NCBI GenBank assembly: GCA_964342845.1
Contig: CAYFGV010000001.1
Location: 1-59,517, forward strand
Reading direction: 5' to 3'
Length of the DNA: 59,517 nucleotides
From: Candidatus Woesearchaeota archaeon
GTDB taxonomy: Archaea > Nanobdellota > Nanobdellia > SCGC-AAA011-G17 > CAYFGV01
This document shows positions 9,018 to 17,479 of this stretch, piece after piece. Position 1 is the stretch's first letter, and every line of letters begins with the position of its first letter. The translations under genes and the position numbers were made by a program. Under the pieces are notes generated by a model, which had not been told where the DNA came from, did no database searches, and worked only from the letters and a program-made list of their open reading frames with translations.

Positions 9018-9131
9018 TGCGCCGACTGGGATTTGAACCCAGGTCAAAGGCTCACTTCCACCTTTTTGCTCAAGCTTTTTCTTAAAAAGGTTGTTGGAAG
9101 GCCTCTATCCTAACCACTAGACTACCGGCGC
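9018..9131 (-). tRNA. tRNA-Gly (anticodon UCC) with 42-nt intron at the canonical 37/38 position
   Basis: Reverse complement folds as acceptor GCGCCGG/TCGGCGC, anticodon stem GAGGC/GCCTT, loop CTTCCA|intron|A, and T arm CTGGG-TTCAAAT-CCCAG. Mature length 72 nt plus the 42-nt intron. Confidence 0.85.
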
Positions 9132-9156
9132 CTATAAGAATTAACAATCTAACTCC

Positions 9157-9165
9157 TTTTTTAAA
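9157..9165 (-). promoter_or_regulatory. archaeal TATA box for tRNA-Gly
   Basis: Minus-strand TTTAAAAAA ends 26 nt upstream of the tRNA 5' end (9131). Confidence 0.55.
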
Positions 9166-9187
9166 GATTTCGTATTTAAAGAAAATC

Positions 9188-9484
9188 TTACCTTTTCTTC
9201 TTAACCACTTTTTTCTTCTTAACTTCTTTCCTAACCCTAGTCTCTAAAACAGGTAACTCTTCTTTAATATGATCTAACTTTTCCCTATATTTTTTCATCC
9301 TAATATTATAAACCAGTTCAGAAATCTTATTTTGTTTAAATCTCTCTGTCTGAGCCTTTTTCATCAAGCTTAAAAGAACTTTTTGCTCTGCCTTCATTTT
9401 CTTTATTTTATTCTTCATATGTTTCACATTCAACTTTTTATAAGCAAAAAAACCAATCAAATTAACCAAAACAAACACAACCAA
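9188..9484 (-). CDS. small membrane-anchored coiled-coil protein with poly-Lys tail
   Basis: TTG start in the track. N-terminal TM (VVFVLVNLIGFFAY), charged helical body, C-terminal KKKKVVKKKR. Confidence 0.45.
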   Translation of the reverse strand: MVVFVLVNLIGFFAYKKLNVKHMKNKIKKMKAEQKVLLSLMKKAQTERFKQNKISELVYNIRMKKYREKLDHIKEELPVLETRVRKEVKKKKVVKKKR

Positions 9485-9582
9485 CAGAAATTAAATCTTC
9501 AGAAACACCACAATTAATCAAATACTTACAAGCATCCGAAATACTCAAAAACCTATCAAAAGAATTTTTCAAAATAAAAATC

Positions 9583-9768
9583 TTATTTCCTTTTCTTCCT
9601 AACAACTTTCTTCTTAGCTGGCTTAGATTTCCTCTTACCTAAAGCTCTCAATATCTTCTCTTCTAGAACTTCAATCTTAGTCTCTAGAATTAAAATCCTC
9701 CTTAAACTATAAATCATTCCAGCTACAGCAGCTAAAAGAATATACAATAAATATGTTTCAGTAGTCAT
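9583..9768 (-). CDS. small membrane-anchored protein with poly-Lys tail
   Basis: 61 aa. N-terminal TM (LLYILLAAVAGMIY) and a C-terminal KKKVVRKKRK similar to the neighbouring gene. Confidence 0.45.
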   Translation of the reverse strand: MTTETYLLYILLAAVAGMIYSLRRILILETKIEVLEEKILRALGKRKSKPAKKKVVRKKRK

Positions 9769-9859
9769 ATTATCACCTCTTTTTATATTTGGGAATTAGT
9801 CCTTTATATAATTTTCTAAAATAAAAATTCTTATAAATACAGAATACTTTCTAAAACCA

Positions 9860-10066
9860 ATGAAATATAACCCAAAAAAATCAGAATCACATGATTATCT
9901 AGGAGAAGCACTAGACAGAGTTAAAGGAATTTACCAAAACCTTAAAGATTCTTATTTAGGTTCATTTAATCCATACCAACACTCTAAAAGAAAACTAGAA
10001 TATGACGGAAACTCAGAACAAGAAAAAATAAAAGAATTATTCAAACTCAATTTTGAATATGTTTAA
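9860..10066 (+). CDS. hypothetical small protein
   Basis: 68-aa ORF. TATA-like TTATAAAT at 9831-9838, 22 nt upstream of the ATG. Confidence 0.4.
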   Translation: MKYNPKKSESHDYLGEALDRVKGIYQNLKDSYLGSFNPYQHSKRKLEYDGNSEQEKIKELFKLNFEYV

Positions 10067-11874
10067 CTAACTTTAACCCCTGCCTTAACCTTTTTCTCAG
10101 GACAAACTAAAGTAACTTTATCACCATCTACAGCAGCTAACAACATACCTTCACTTTTAACACCACGCAAAACAGCTGGTTTTAAATTACAAACCACAGT
10201 AATCTCCTTACCAACCAAATCTTTAGCTTTATAATCACTTTTAATTCCAGCAACAACAGTCCTTTTCTCAGCCCCAGTATCAACTTTCATAACAACCAAC
10301 TTATCTGCATTTGGATGGTTTTTAGCCTCCAAAATCTTTCCAACTCTTAAATCCAACTTCCCGAATTCTTCAAAACTTACTTCCATTTTTTTTGAACCTC
10401 CGACATCTTCTATTTTTTTAAATAAAATTTCTTTTTTACCAACTTTACCGCTTTTCAATAAACCAAACTTACAATCTTTCAAATCACCTAATTTAATACC
10501 TAGTTGTTTATTTATCTTCTCAGAAGTATTAGGCATAAAAGGATAAACTAATATGGAAATCACCCTCAAAGAATCCAACAAAGAATATAAAATCTCTTCC
10601 TTCTTATCAGATTCCCAAGGTTTAGATTTATTAACAAACTTATTACACTCATTAACAAATTTCCATATTTCATCTAAAGCATGATGCAACTCTAACTTAT
10701 CCATATAACTATTAACCTTTTTAACATCCAACTTCTTCTGCAAATCTTTAGAAGTTTTACCTTTAGGAATTTTACCCTTAAAATATCTTTCAACCATAGA
10801 TAAAGTTCTAGACAACAAATTCCCTAAATCATTAGCTAATTCGTTATTTAACCTCTCAACTAACCTATTCTCAGAAAAATCACCATCATCTCCAAATGGA
10901 ATTTCTCTAATTAAATAATATCTAATAGCATCCACAGGATATTTATCATTCAACTCCAATGGATCTATTACATTACCAAAACTTTTACTCATCTTTTCTC
11001 CACTAGCACTCCTAATAAACCCATGTACATAAACCTCGGGTAACTTAATCCCAGAAGCTAATAAAATAGAACCCCAGATTACAGTATGATGCCATGTAAT
11101 GTCTAAACCAATATTATGCAAAGCAGGCCAATACTCTTTATATTTTTTATTTGGATAATTAACAGTAGATAGATAATTAATTAAAGCATCCACCCAAATT
11201 GCCAGAATAAATCTATCATCTCCAGGAAAAGGAATTCCCCAGCTAATTTTCTCTCTTGTTAAACTTAAATCTTTCAATGGCTCTTTTAATCTGCTTAAAA
11301 TCTCATTTCTTCTCTTCTTAGGTCTTATATAATTTGGATTTTTCTTAATATAATCAATTAACCTTTTCTGATATTTACTCATTTTAAAGAAATAAGTATC
11401 TTCCTCAAGAAACTCTGTTTTTTTATTATGTGTAGGACAATCTAATCCATTAACTAAATCTTCCCTAGAAAAATAAGTTTCACAATCAGAACAATAATAT
11501 CCAGAATATTTCCCTTCATAAATATCTCCTTTCTTATGAAGATCTTTAACTATTTTAACAACAGTTTTTTTATGTCTTTCTTCTGTAGTTCTAATAAAAT
11601 CATCATAACTAATATTATAATCTTTACATAGTTTTAAAAAGAATTTTTCCATATCTTCAACAAACTTCTTTGGACTTTTTCCTGCTTCTTTAGCATATCT
11701 CTCTATTTTACTTCCATGACAATCTAAACCAGTTGAAAAATGAACTTTTTTCCCTTTAAGTCTTTCCCATCTAGCTATAACATCTGTACAAATCTTTTCA
11801 TATAGATGACCTGCATGAGGTTTTCCAGAAGGATAATCAATTGCAGTACTAGTAAAAAATGTATTCTTTGCCAT
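10063..11874 (-). CDS. metG: methionyl-tRNA synthetase with C-terminal tRNA-binding (Trbp111/EMAPII-like) domain
   Basis: HIGH-type motif PHAGHLYE, KMSKS present, zinc knuckles (YCSDCETYF, CPTHNKK). C-terminal LDLRVGKILEAKNHPNADKLVVMKVD. Confidence 0.95.
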   Translation of the reverse strand: MAKNTFFTSTAIDYPSGKPHAGHLYEKICTDVIARWERLKGKKVHFSTGLDCHGSKIERYAKEAGKSPKKFVEDMEKFFLKLCKDYNISYDDFIRTTEERHKKTVVKIVKDLHKKGDIYEGKYSGYYCSDCETYFSREDLVNGLDCPTHNKKTEFLEEDTYFFKMSKYQKRLIDYIKKNPNYIRPKKRRNEILSRLKEPLKDLSLTREKISWGIPFPGDDRFILAIWVDALINYLSTVNYPNKKYKEYWPALHNIGLDITWHHTVIWGSILLASGIKLPEVYVHGFIRSASGEKMSKSFGNVIDPLELNDKYPVDAIRYYLIREIPFGDDGDFSENRLVERLNNELANDLGNLLSRTLSMVERYFKGKIPKGKTSKDLQKKLDVKKVNSYMDKLELHHALDEIWKFVNECNKFVNKSKPWESDKKEEILYSLLDSLRVISILVYPFMPNTSEKINKQLGIKLGDLKDCKFGLLKSGKVGKKEILFKKIEDVGGSKKMEVSFEEFGKLDLRVGKILEAKNHPNADKLVVMKVDTGAEKRTVVAGIKSDYKAKDLVGKEITVVCNLKPAVLRGVKSEGMLLAAVDGDKVTLVCPEKKVKAGVKVS

Positions 11875-11909
11875 AGAACTTCAATAATACCTTCTCTTTA
11901 AATTATTTT

Positions 11910-12653
11910 CTAAATTGAATCTTTCCAAATCTTCTCAAAAATATTCTTCTGAAGCCCAGCTATGCTCTCTTCTTTTATATAAACACCCAGTTGCTCTTTT
12001 TCATTAGCTTTTAAAATTAATATAGCATCTTTTAAAATATATAAAACAGAATTTAAATTTTTAATCACACCATCATTAAATCTTATTCTTCTTAGCTCTT
12101 CTTTATCTTTTTTCTTTAAATTTAACATAGCTTTTGTTTTCTCAGTAATAACTTTAAGATGTATTTTCTTTTCTTTTCTTTTCCGTCTAAATTGTGGATG
12201 AAATGCTGGAAGAAATTCTAGTATTTTTTCTGGTATATACGCGTATAGCTCTTGATTTTCTTTTTCTACTAATTTAGCTGAAATTGTTTTAAAACCTCCT
12301 ACTCCCTCATAAACTTCTATTTTTGGTCTTGTTAACGCAATCTTTTGTAAAGCTTCTAATTCTGGTAGAATTTCTTTAATTGATTCTGCTTTTTGTTGTT
12401 TTTCTTCTTCTATTATTTCTAAGATTCTTTTAGGTTGAATAGCACTATAGTGTTTAACTCCCGATTTAATAACTTCACTGATAAATCCCTTTTCTTGAAG
12501 AGTTTTTAGAATATAATAAGAAGCCTCTCTTTTAATATTAGCTTTTTGAGCTATTTCACTAGCTTTTGCTATTCCTAATTTTAATGTGTTTAGATAAACT
12601 AACGATTCTTGCTTATTTAGTCCTATTTTTTCTAAATATTGCTGTATTTCCAT
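11910..12653 (-). CDS. TrmB-family transcriptional regulator
   Basis: N-terminal TrmB wHTH (LGLNKQESLVYLNTLKLGIAKASEIAQKANIKREASYYILKTLQEKGFI). About 250 aa with a C-terminal effector-like domain. Confidence 0.8.
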   Translation of the reverse strand: MEIQQYLEKIGLNKQESLVYLNTLKLGIAKASEIAQKANIKREASYYILKTLQEKGFISEVIKSGVKHYSAIQPKRILEIIEEEKQQKAESIKEILPELEALQKIALTRPKIEVYEGVGGFKTISAKLVEKENQELYAYIPEKILEFLPAFHPQFRRKRKEKKIHLKVITEKTKAMLNLKKKDKEELRRIRFNDGVIKNLNSVLYILKDAILILKANEKEQLGVYIKEESIAGLQKNIFEKIWKDSI

Positions 12654-12655
12654 AA

Positions 12656-12699
12656 TATTCTGTAGAACTTTTAGCCTTTTAAATCTTTCTATTCTGTAG
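12656..12699. promoter_or_regulatory. two direct 10-bp repeats TATTCTGTAG bracketing a TATA element (candidate operator)
   Basis: Exact copies at 12656-12665 and 12690-12699. ATTTAAAA (minus strand, 12677-12684) sits between them, 24 nt upstream of the TrmB-like start codon. Confidence 0.35.
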
Positions 12700-12750
12700 T
12701 AATATTTTTTACACCATATCCTTAAGTATAATTTCTTACTCTAAGGTAGT

Positions 12751-13902
12751 ATGAAATACAAAGAACTAAGAGAAAAAGTACAAAATTTAGAAAAATATCC
12801 TGGATGTGTCAAAATAGATAGATCTCCTTTAATTCATAAAGGCTTTCCTGGAACTTTTAATTTAAGTTTTACAGAACATCCTTGGTTAGAAGAACATGGG
12901 AAATATGCTGATTTTGATCATGATTATGTATTCTCAACTATCCAAAGCTGTATCAGGTTAAATGATTTCCCTTTGATGGGCTCTAGTGATTCTTGGAAAT
13001 ATCTTGGGGTCTTTGAGATGGCAGACTTATTTGGTATGGTTAGTCTTAAAGATAGATCAAATTCTGTAGATTTACAAAGAAAACAAACTAAAGCATTATT
13101 TAAATTATTTGAAGATTTAGGCATTAGCAAAAACTCAATATATCCTTCTTATCAGGCCGGAGGAAAAGTAAAAGAGATAATAAATGGAAAATATGATTTT
13201 GATTTTAATATTCCAAAAGATATTATTTCTAAGCAAGTATTCCTAGAACAAGGAGTTCCAGAAGAGAATTTGATCTCAGATACATCTAGATTAACTTTCT
13301 TAGCAACGAATCTTTATAAAAGTATACCTGAAGAAAAAGGTGCAATCCCTATATTAACTCCTTGGGGTTATAGAAGTGAAATTAATGTAAATATTAGTAC
13401 AAAAGAAAGCCCAAAATATATTGATGTTGCCACAATTCAGAGATTCCTTTGGAAACCAATATCAAATTCTGGCCAAACAACTGGATTGGATGAAATAGAT
13501 GATGAAGTTTCAATAGCTGCTACTGGATTAGAAAGGTTATGTATGGTTGCTAATGACCTACAAAAGGTCCAAGATGTAGACTACATTAAACCATTTTATG
13601 AAGTTTTAGGCAAAGAACAGATTTCATGTGGTGAAAGCCTAAGAGCATTGCATAGAATTTACTCAGATATGAAAAAATTTAAAACACCTTCATTAAGTAG
13701 AAATAGAAAACCAAAAATAAGAAAATTACTCCAAAACATACCAAGAGATTTAACTTTAGATAAAATAAAAGACTTATTACAAATCCATTCAGAAACTCAG
13801 CCATGGCACTCAGAACTTAAAGAAGGAATAGAACCAACAATAGAAAGAATAAAAGTATATAGGAATCTTAAAACAAATTCACAAATGTTCTCTAGGAGGT
13901 AA
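12751..13902 (+). CDS. alanyl-tRNA synthetase catalytic-core-like protein (stand-alone, divergent)
   Basis: By-eye matches to archaeal AlaRS class IIc motifs: IQSCIRLNDF...LGVFEMADLFG (QPCIRxxD...FFEMMxHxxF), PWGYRSEINV, IDVATIQRF, SIAATGLERLCMV (VDTGYGLER), SLRALHRIYSD. Only 383 aa. Confidence 0.6.
   Translation: MKYKELREKVQNLEKYPGCVKIDRSPLIHKGFPGTFNLSFTEHPWLEEHGKYADFDHDYVFSTIQSCIRLNDFPLMGSSDSWKYLGVFEMADLFGMVSLKDRSNSVDLQRKQTKALFKLFEDLGISKNSIYPSYQAGGKVKEIINGKYDFDFNIPKDIISKQVFLEQGVPEENLISDTSRLTFLATNLYKSIPEEKGAIPILTPWGYRSEINVNISTKESPKYIDVATIQRFLWKPISNSGQTTGLDEIDDEVSIAATGLERLCMVANDLQKVQDVDYIKPFYEVLGKEQISCGESLRALHRIYSDMKKFKTPSLSRNRKPKIRKLLQNIPRDLTLDKIKDLLQIHSETQPWHSELKEGIEPTIERIKVYRNLKTNSQMFSRR
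13894..13900 (+). promoter_or_regulatory. Shine-Dalgarno AGGAGGT for the methyltransferase gene
   Basis: AGGAGGT lies 5 nt upstream of the ATG at 13906 and is embedded in the last codons of the upstream gene. Confidence 0.6.
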
Positions 13903-13905
13903 TGA

Positions 13906-14538
13906 ATGAAAATAATTGAAATCAGTGATTGGGAGTATCAATCAAAGATGGATAAATCTCAAAAAAAAATCGTTAACGAATTAGAAGCTTCGATAAGATC
14001 TAAAATAACTGATAAATATCTTTACGGGTGTGATAAAACCTACAGGCAGGAGATTTTGTACTATGTTAACACAAAATTAAACCAACTAATTAGTGTAGGA
14101 ATTAAATCATTTGAAGGAAAATCCTTTTTAGATCTGGGTTGTGGAAATACAGGATTTATGGATTATGGTGGTGGAGATATGTTCCGCCCTTGGCTTTGTA
14201 GAACATTAACTGAATTAGGAGCGAAAAGAGTAATCGGGGTAGATATTGGAAAAAATAAAGATAAAACTTACGAGGTTCATAGAGCAGACTTAACTAAAAT
14301 GAATTGTTTAAACTTTTTAGAAACGGCTTCAATAAATGTTGCAACCTCATTTAATCTTTTTGATTCTCCAGACTTCTATGGGGAATGGGACCAAAGATTT
14401 GTAAACGGAGATCTATATTTTTGGAAGTTAAATTCCCAGTTAAAAAAGATTGTGAAGCCAGATGGATTGTTTGTTCACGATTATCCTTTTGCAGATCGTA
14501 ATAACCTAACTAATTGTTGTAATTATTCAGTTCTATGA
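13906..14538 (+). CDS. class I SAM-dependent methyltransferase
   Basis: Motif I FLDLGCGNTGF followed by an acidic-loop VIGVDIG. Starts 4 nt after the AlaRS-like gene. Confidence 0.7.
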   Translation: MKIIEISDWEYQSKMDKSQKKIVNELEASIRSKITDKYLYGCDKTYRQEILYYVNTKLNQLISVGIKSFEGKSFLDLGCGNTGFMDYGGGDMFRPWLCRTLTELGAKRVIGVDIGKNKDKTYEVHRADLTKMNCLNFLETASINVATSFNLFDSPDFYGEWDQRFVNGDLYFWKLNSQLKKIVKPDGLFVHDYPFADRNNLTNCCNYSVL

Positions 14539-14583
14539 CATGTTAAAGACTTTACTAAAAGATATAAATTAAAAGAAAAATTT

Positions 14584-16113
14584 TTAAATAAATACCATTG
14601 CTATCTTCAAAAAGAAGACTTTCACCTTTCCACTAAAACTATCTCCTTTTATTACAATATCTCCGCTATCAATAGCATCTAAAGCAGCCTGCATAGGGTC
14701 TTCAGAGTCAACAATCATATCTAATGTTTCTTCACTTAAATAAACACTAAGAGAAGTCTTATCTATTTCCTTCCCAGAAACTAAGTTAACTTTGCCTTCA
14801 ACAATAATAATACCTATAACCTCGTCATCAATAAATGCATTCATTCTTTCATTTTCACCAATTCCTGGAACTTCAGGCAAATAACTAGAAAACTGGTCCA
14901 TATCCTCTTCAGAAATTTCCATCTTTTGATAATCTTCTTCTTTAACACAAACATAATCAACTATACATCCAGCAGAGTCATAAATAGGCACAGGATACCA
15001 TCCAGCCTCACAATCATCGAAAAACGGAACACAATGTGATGGTTGCTCTTCCTCTGGTTCATCTAAAGGAATTTCAGTTACAGGTGGCTCCCAAATAGCA
15101 AACAAAGGCTCACCATATCTCAAAATATGTCCTTCATCTCCAACAGCCCAACAAACATCACCATCACAATCAATACCTCTCACCATGTTAAAAGGCAAAT
15201 TACCACTAGCATAACTTATGTCAGCCATAGAAACATTCCATTCCAACCCAGAATCACCAGTATATCTAATAACATTCTGTCCTCCAACAAAACCATCAGT
15301 AGTATTAATAAATTCTATAGCTCTTAAACCAGAAACAGCCCCTCCATTACTATAATCTTCCCAGCTACTTCCTCCATCCTCTGTTAAATGAACTATTTCA
15401 TTAGAACCAGCAACCCAACAAGTTTCTTCATCAGAACAATAAATATCATGAAGTATTTTACCACCAACCTCTTCATCTTCATAAAGTATAGTAGATCTTA
15501 ACTCCCAACTTGCTCCACCATCTTCACTTCTATAAAATTCTCCATTAGTTCCTCCTGCATAACCAACATCATCTACAAAGAAAACAGTATTCATTGAAAC
15601 ATCATCAGCTAGCACAGACGGCCAAGTCAAACCACCATTTGAAGTTCTTAAAATTGAATCAACACTAGAATCACCAACAATAACAGCTGTATTTTCGTCA
15701 AAACACCAAACATCCATTAGAGTTCCAGGATAATCTAAAACATCTTGAAGAACCCAACTGTCACCAGAATCATCTGTTTTTAGAATAGTTCCACCAGAAC
15801 CTACAGCCCATCCATCTTCAACACCAGAAAAACAAACCGAATAAATAATATCACTACCTAATAATTCATCTGGAAGTGTTTGTGGCTCCCATGAATCTCC
15901 ACCATCTAACGTTTTTAAAATAGTTGGTTCAGATGTACCTGCAAAACCAATACCTAATCCTCCTGTAGCCCATCCTGTCGCAACATTAAGCATAAAAACA
16001 GAATGTAAGTCTTGTTCTGTTCCAGAATCCATAGATTCCCATTCATCAGCCACTGCAGAAGTTGTCAAAAAAATACTTATAAAAAACATCATTAGAAAAT
16101 TCTTATATTTCAT
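14584..16113 (-). CDS. secreted BNR/Ycf48-like beta-propeller protein with acidic Cys-containing C-terminal domain
   Basis: Signal peptide. Six SxDxGxxW-type repeats (TLDGGDSWEP, TDDSGDSWVL, TSNGGLTWPS, SEDGGASWEL, TEDGGSSWED, TGDSGLEWNV). ATG at 16113 preceded by SD GAGGTGAT (16118-16125). Confidence 0.7.
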   Translation of the reverse strand: MKYKNFLMMFFISIFLTTSAVADEWESMDSGTEQDLHSVFMLNVATGWATGGLGIGFAGTSEPTILKTLDGGDSWEPQTLPDELLGSDIIYSVCFSGVEDGWAVGSGGTILKTDDSGDSWVLQDVLDYPGTLMDVWCFDENTAVIVGDSSVDSILRTSNGGLTWPSVLADDVSMNTVFFVDDVGYAGGTNGEFYRSEDGGASWELRSTILYEDEEVGGKILHDIYCSDEETCWVAGSNEIVHLTEDGGSSWEDYSNGGAVSGLRAIEFINTTDGFVGGQNVIRYTGDSGLEWNVSMADISYASGNLPFNMVRGIDCDGDVCWAVGDEGHILRYGEPLFAIWEPPVTEIPLDEPEEEQPSHCVPFFDDCEAGWYPVPIYDSAGCIVDYVCVKEEDYQKMEISEEDMDQFSSYLPEVPGIGENERMNAFIDDEVIGIIIVEGKVNLVSGKEIDKTSLSVYLSEETLDMIVDSEDPMQAALDAIDSGDIVIKGDSFSGKVKVFFLKIAMVFI

Positions 16114-16359
16114 TAATATCACCTCTCTATGGATTTTATCTTATTACTTATTTAAAAGTTTCTATTTCTAAGAAAAAATAATTAAAAGAAAAATAATAAA
16201 AATACGTTTTGATGAAAACAAAAAGGAATACTTCTTCTAAACTTTAAGAGATTAAGAAAAAGAGTTGACAATATGGTGTAATAACCATATAAGTATGGTA
16301 TTTTAACCAAAACCTTTAAATACTAACTAATAGTTAATATATACTAACAAAAAGTTAAT

Positions 16360-16953
16360 ATGAAACCATTATCAAACAAGGAAACTGAAATTTTATTACT
16401 TTTAACTAAAGATTTTTCCAATGATTACAACTCAAATAACATTACTAAAAAAATAAAAATTACCTCTGCAGGCTCATTCAAGGCAATGAAAAACCTAGAA
16501 AAACAAAAACTAATTACAGGGAAAAAAATGGGTAAAGCCGTCTTCTATAAACCAAACCTAGAAGATTATTACGTTTTTAGATTAATAGAAACCTTACTTA
16601 TAAAAGAAGCAAGAGAAAAAGCCACAAGATGGTTAGAAGAATTTAAGGAATTATTCGAACACGTTGATATTGCAATAATATTTGGTTCTATTATAAGGAA
16701 TTTTAAAACTGCTAATGATATAGATTTATTAATTGTGTTTAAAAAAGAAAAACATAAAACAATAAAACAAATAATTGCTAAAAGGAGGATTATATCTACT
16801 AAAGCAATACATACAGTAAAACAAACCCCCAAAGACTTAACTAAAAATTTAAAAAATAAAGATAAAGTTCTCTTGAATATTATAAAAAGAGGCTACGCCT
16901 TGCATGGTTATGAAAAATTAGTAGAGGTAATAAAGAATGTCACACGCTTCTAA
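16360..16953 (+). CDS. wHTH-fused minimal nucleotidyltransferase (MNT-type antitoxin-like)
   Basis: N-terminal wHTH-like region. NTase signature IIFGSIIRNFKTANDIDLLIVF (GS...DxD). Confidence 0.7.
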   Translation: MKPLSNKETEILLLLTKDFSNDYNSNNITKKIKITSAGSFKAMKNLEKQKLITGKKMGKAVFYKPNLEDYYVFRLIETLLIKEAREKATRWLEEFKELFEHVDIAIIFGSIIRNFKTANDIDLLIVFKKEKHKTIKQIIAKRRIISTKAIHTVKQTPKDLTKNLKNKDKVLLNIIKRGYALHGYEKLVEVIKNVTRF

Positions 16954-17455
16954 TAAGGTTAAATGGTGCTTGAACAAAGCTAAAAGAGAAATAGAAGAGA
17001 TAGGGGCACATAGAGGATTAATCAAAGCAGAGGAAGACAAAAACCTGGTTGAGAAACACATTATAAAAGCAGAACACAACCTAAATGCAGCTCTATATTT
17101 TGATAAAGGAGGATTTTCAGATTGGTCTGCAAGTGCTTTTTTCTATTGTATTTACCATTGTTTTTTAGCTATATCAAGAAAGTTTGGATATGAAAGTAGG
17201 AATCAGGAATGTACTCTTGCCCTAATTGAAGTGTTAAAAGAAGAAGGAAAGTTAGATATTGATGATAAATTTATTGATACATTAAAAATTACAAAAGCAG
17301 AGGAAATGCATGAAAGCAGTATTATAAAGATAAGAGAAGATTTCCAATATGGTGTAAAGATAGAATTTGAAAAAAAGGAAGAATTCGACATGCTAGCTGA
17401 AATGTGTAAGGAAATGATTGAAAAAACAAGAGAAATAATTCATAAAAACATTTAA
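16937..17455 (+). CDS. HEPN-domain protein (partner of MNT)
   Basis: Overlaps the MNT gene by 17 nt. All-helical, with HEPN-like KAEHNLNAALYF...YCIYHCFLAISRKFGYESRNQE. The canonical Rx4-6H is not obvious. Confidence 0.6.
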   Translation: MSHASNKVKWCLNKAKREIEEIGAHRGLIKAEEDKNLVEKHIIKAEHNLNAALYFDKGGFSDWSASAFFYCIYHCFLAISRKFGYESRNQECTLALIEVLKEEGKLDIDDKFIDTLKITKAEEMHESSIIKIREDFQYGVKIEFEKKEEFDMLAEMCKEMIEKTREIIHKNI

Positions 17456-17479
17456 ATTCTCCTAAAACATACCACTTAA

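Noticed and set aside
16265-16293. Near-consensus bacterial promoter TTGACA-N17-TATAAG upstream of the wHTH-MNT gene, tempting to link to the sigma-70-like gene.
   Set aside because: In a genome this AT-rich, -10-like hexamers are everywhere. My rough back-of-envelope estimate is that a TTGACA with a 5/6 -10 match at 16-18 nt spacing should occur about once per strand in a window of this size. A single instance is not evidence. It would only matter if a genome-wide scan showed enrichment upstream of genes.
16123-16359. Short inverted repeats (ATATGG-N8-CCATAT and CCATA-N4-TATGG) in the 237-nt spacer upstream of the wHTH-MNT gene, considered as an operator or small RNA.
   Set aside because: The arms are only 5-6 bp in very AT-rich sequence and there is no second copy elsewhere in the window. 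This is not distinguishable from chance without binding or conservation data.
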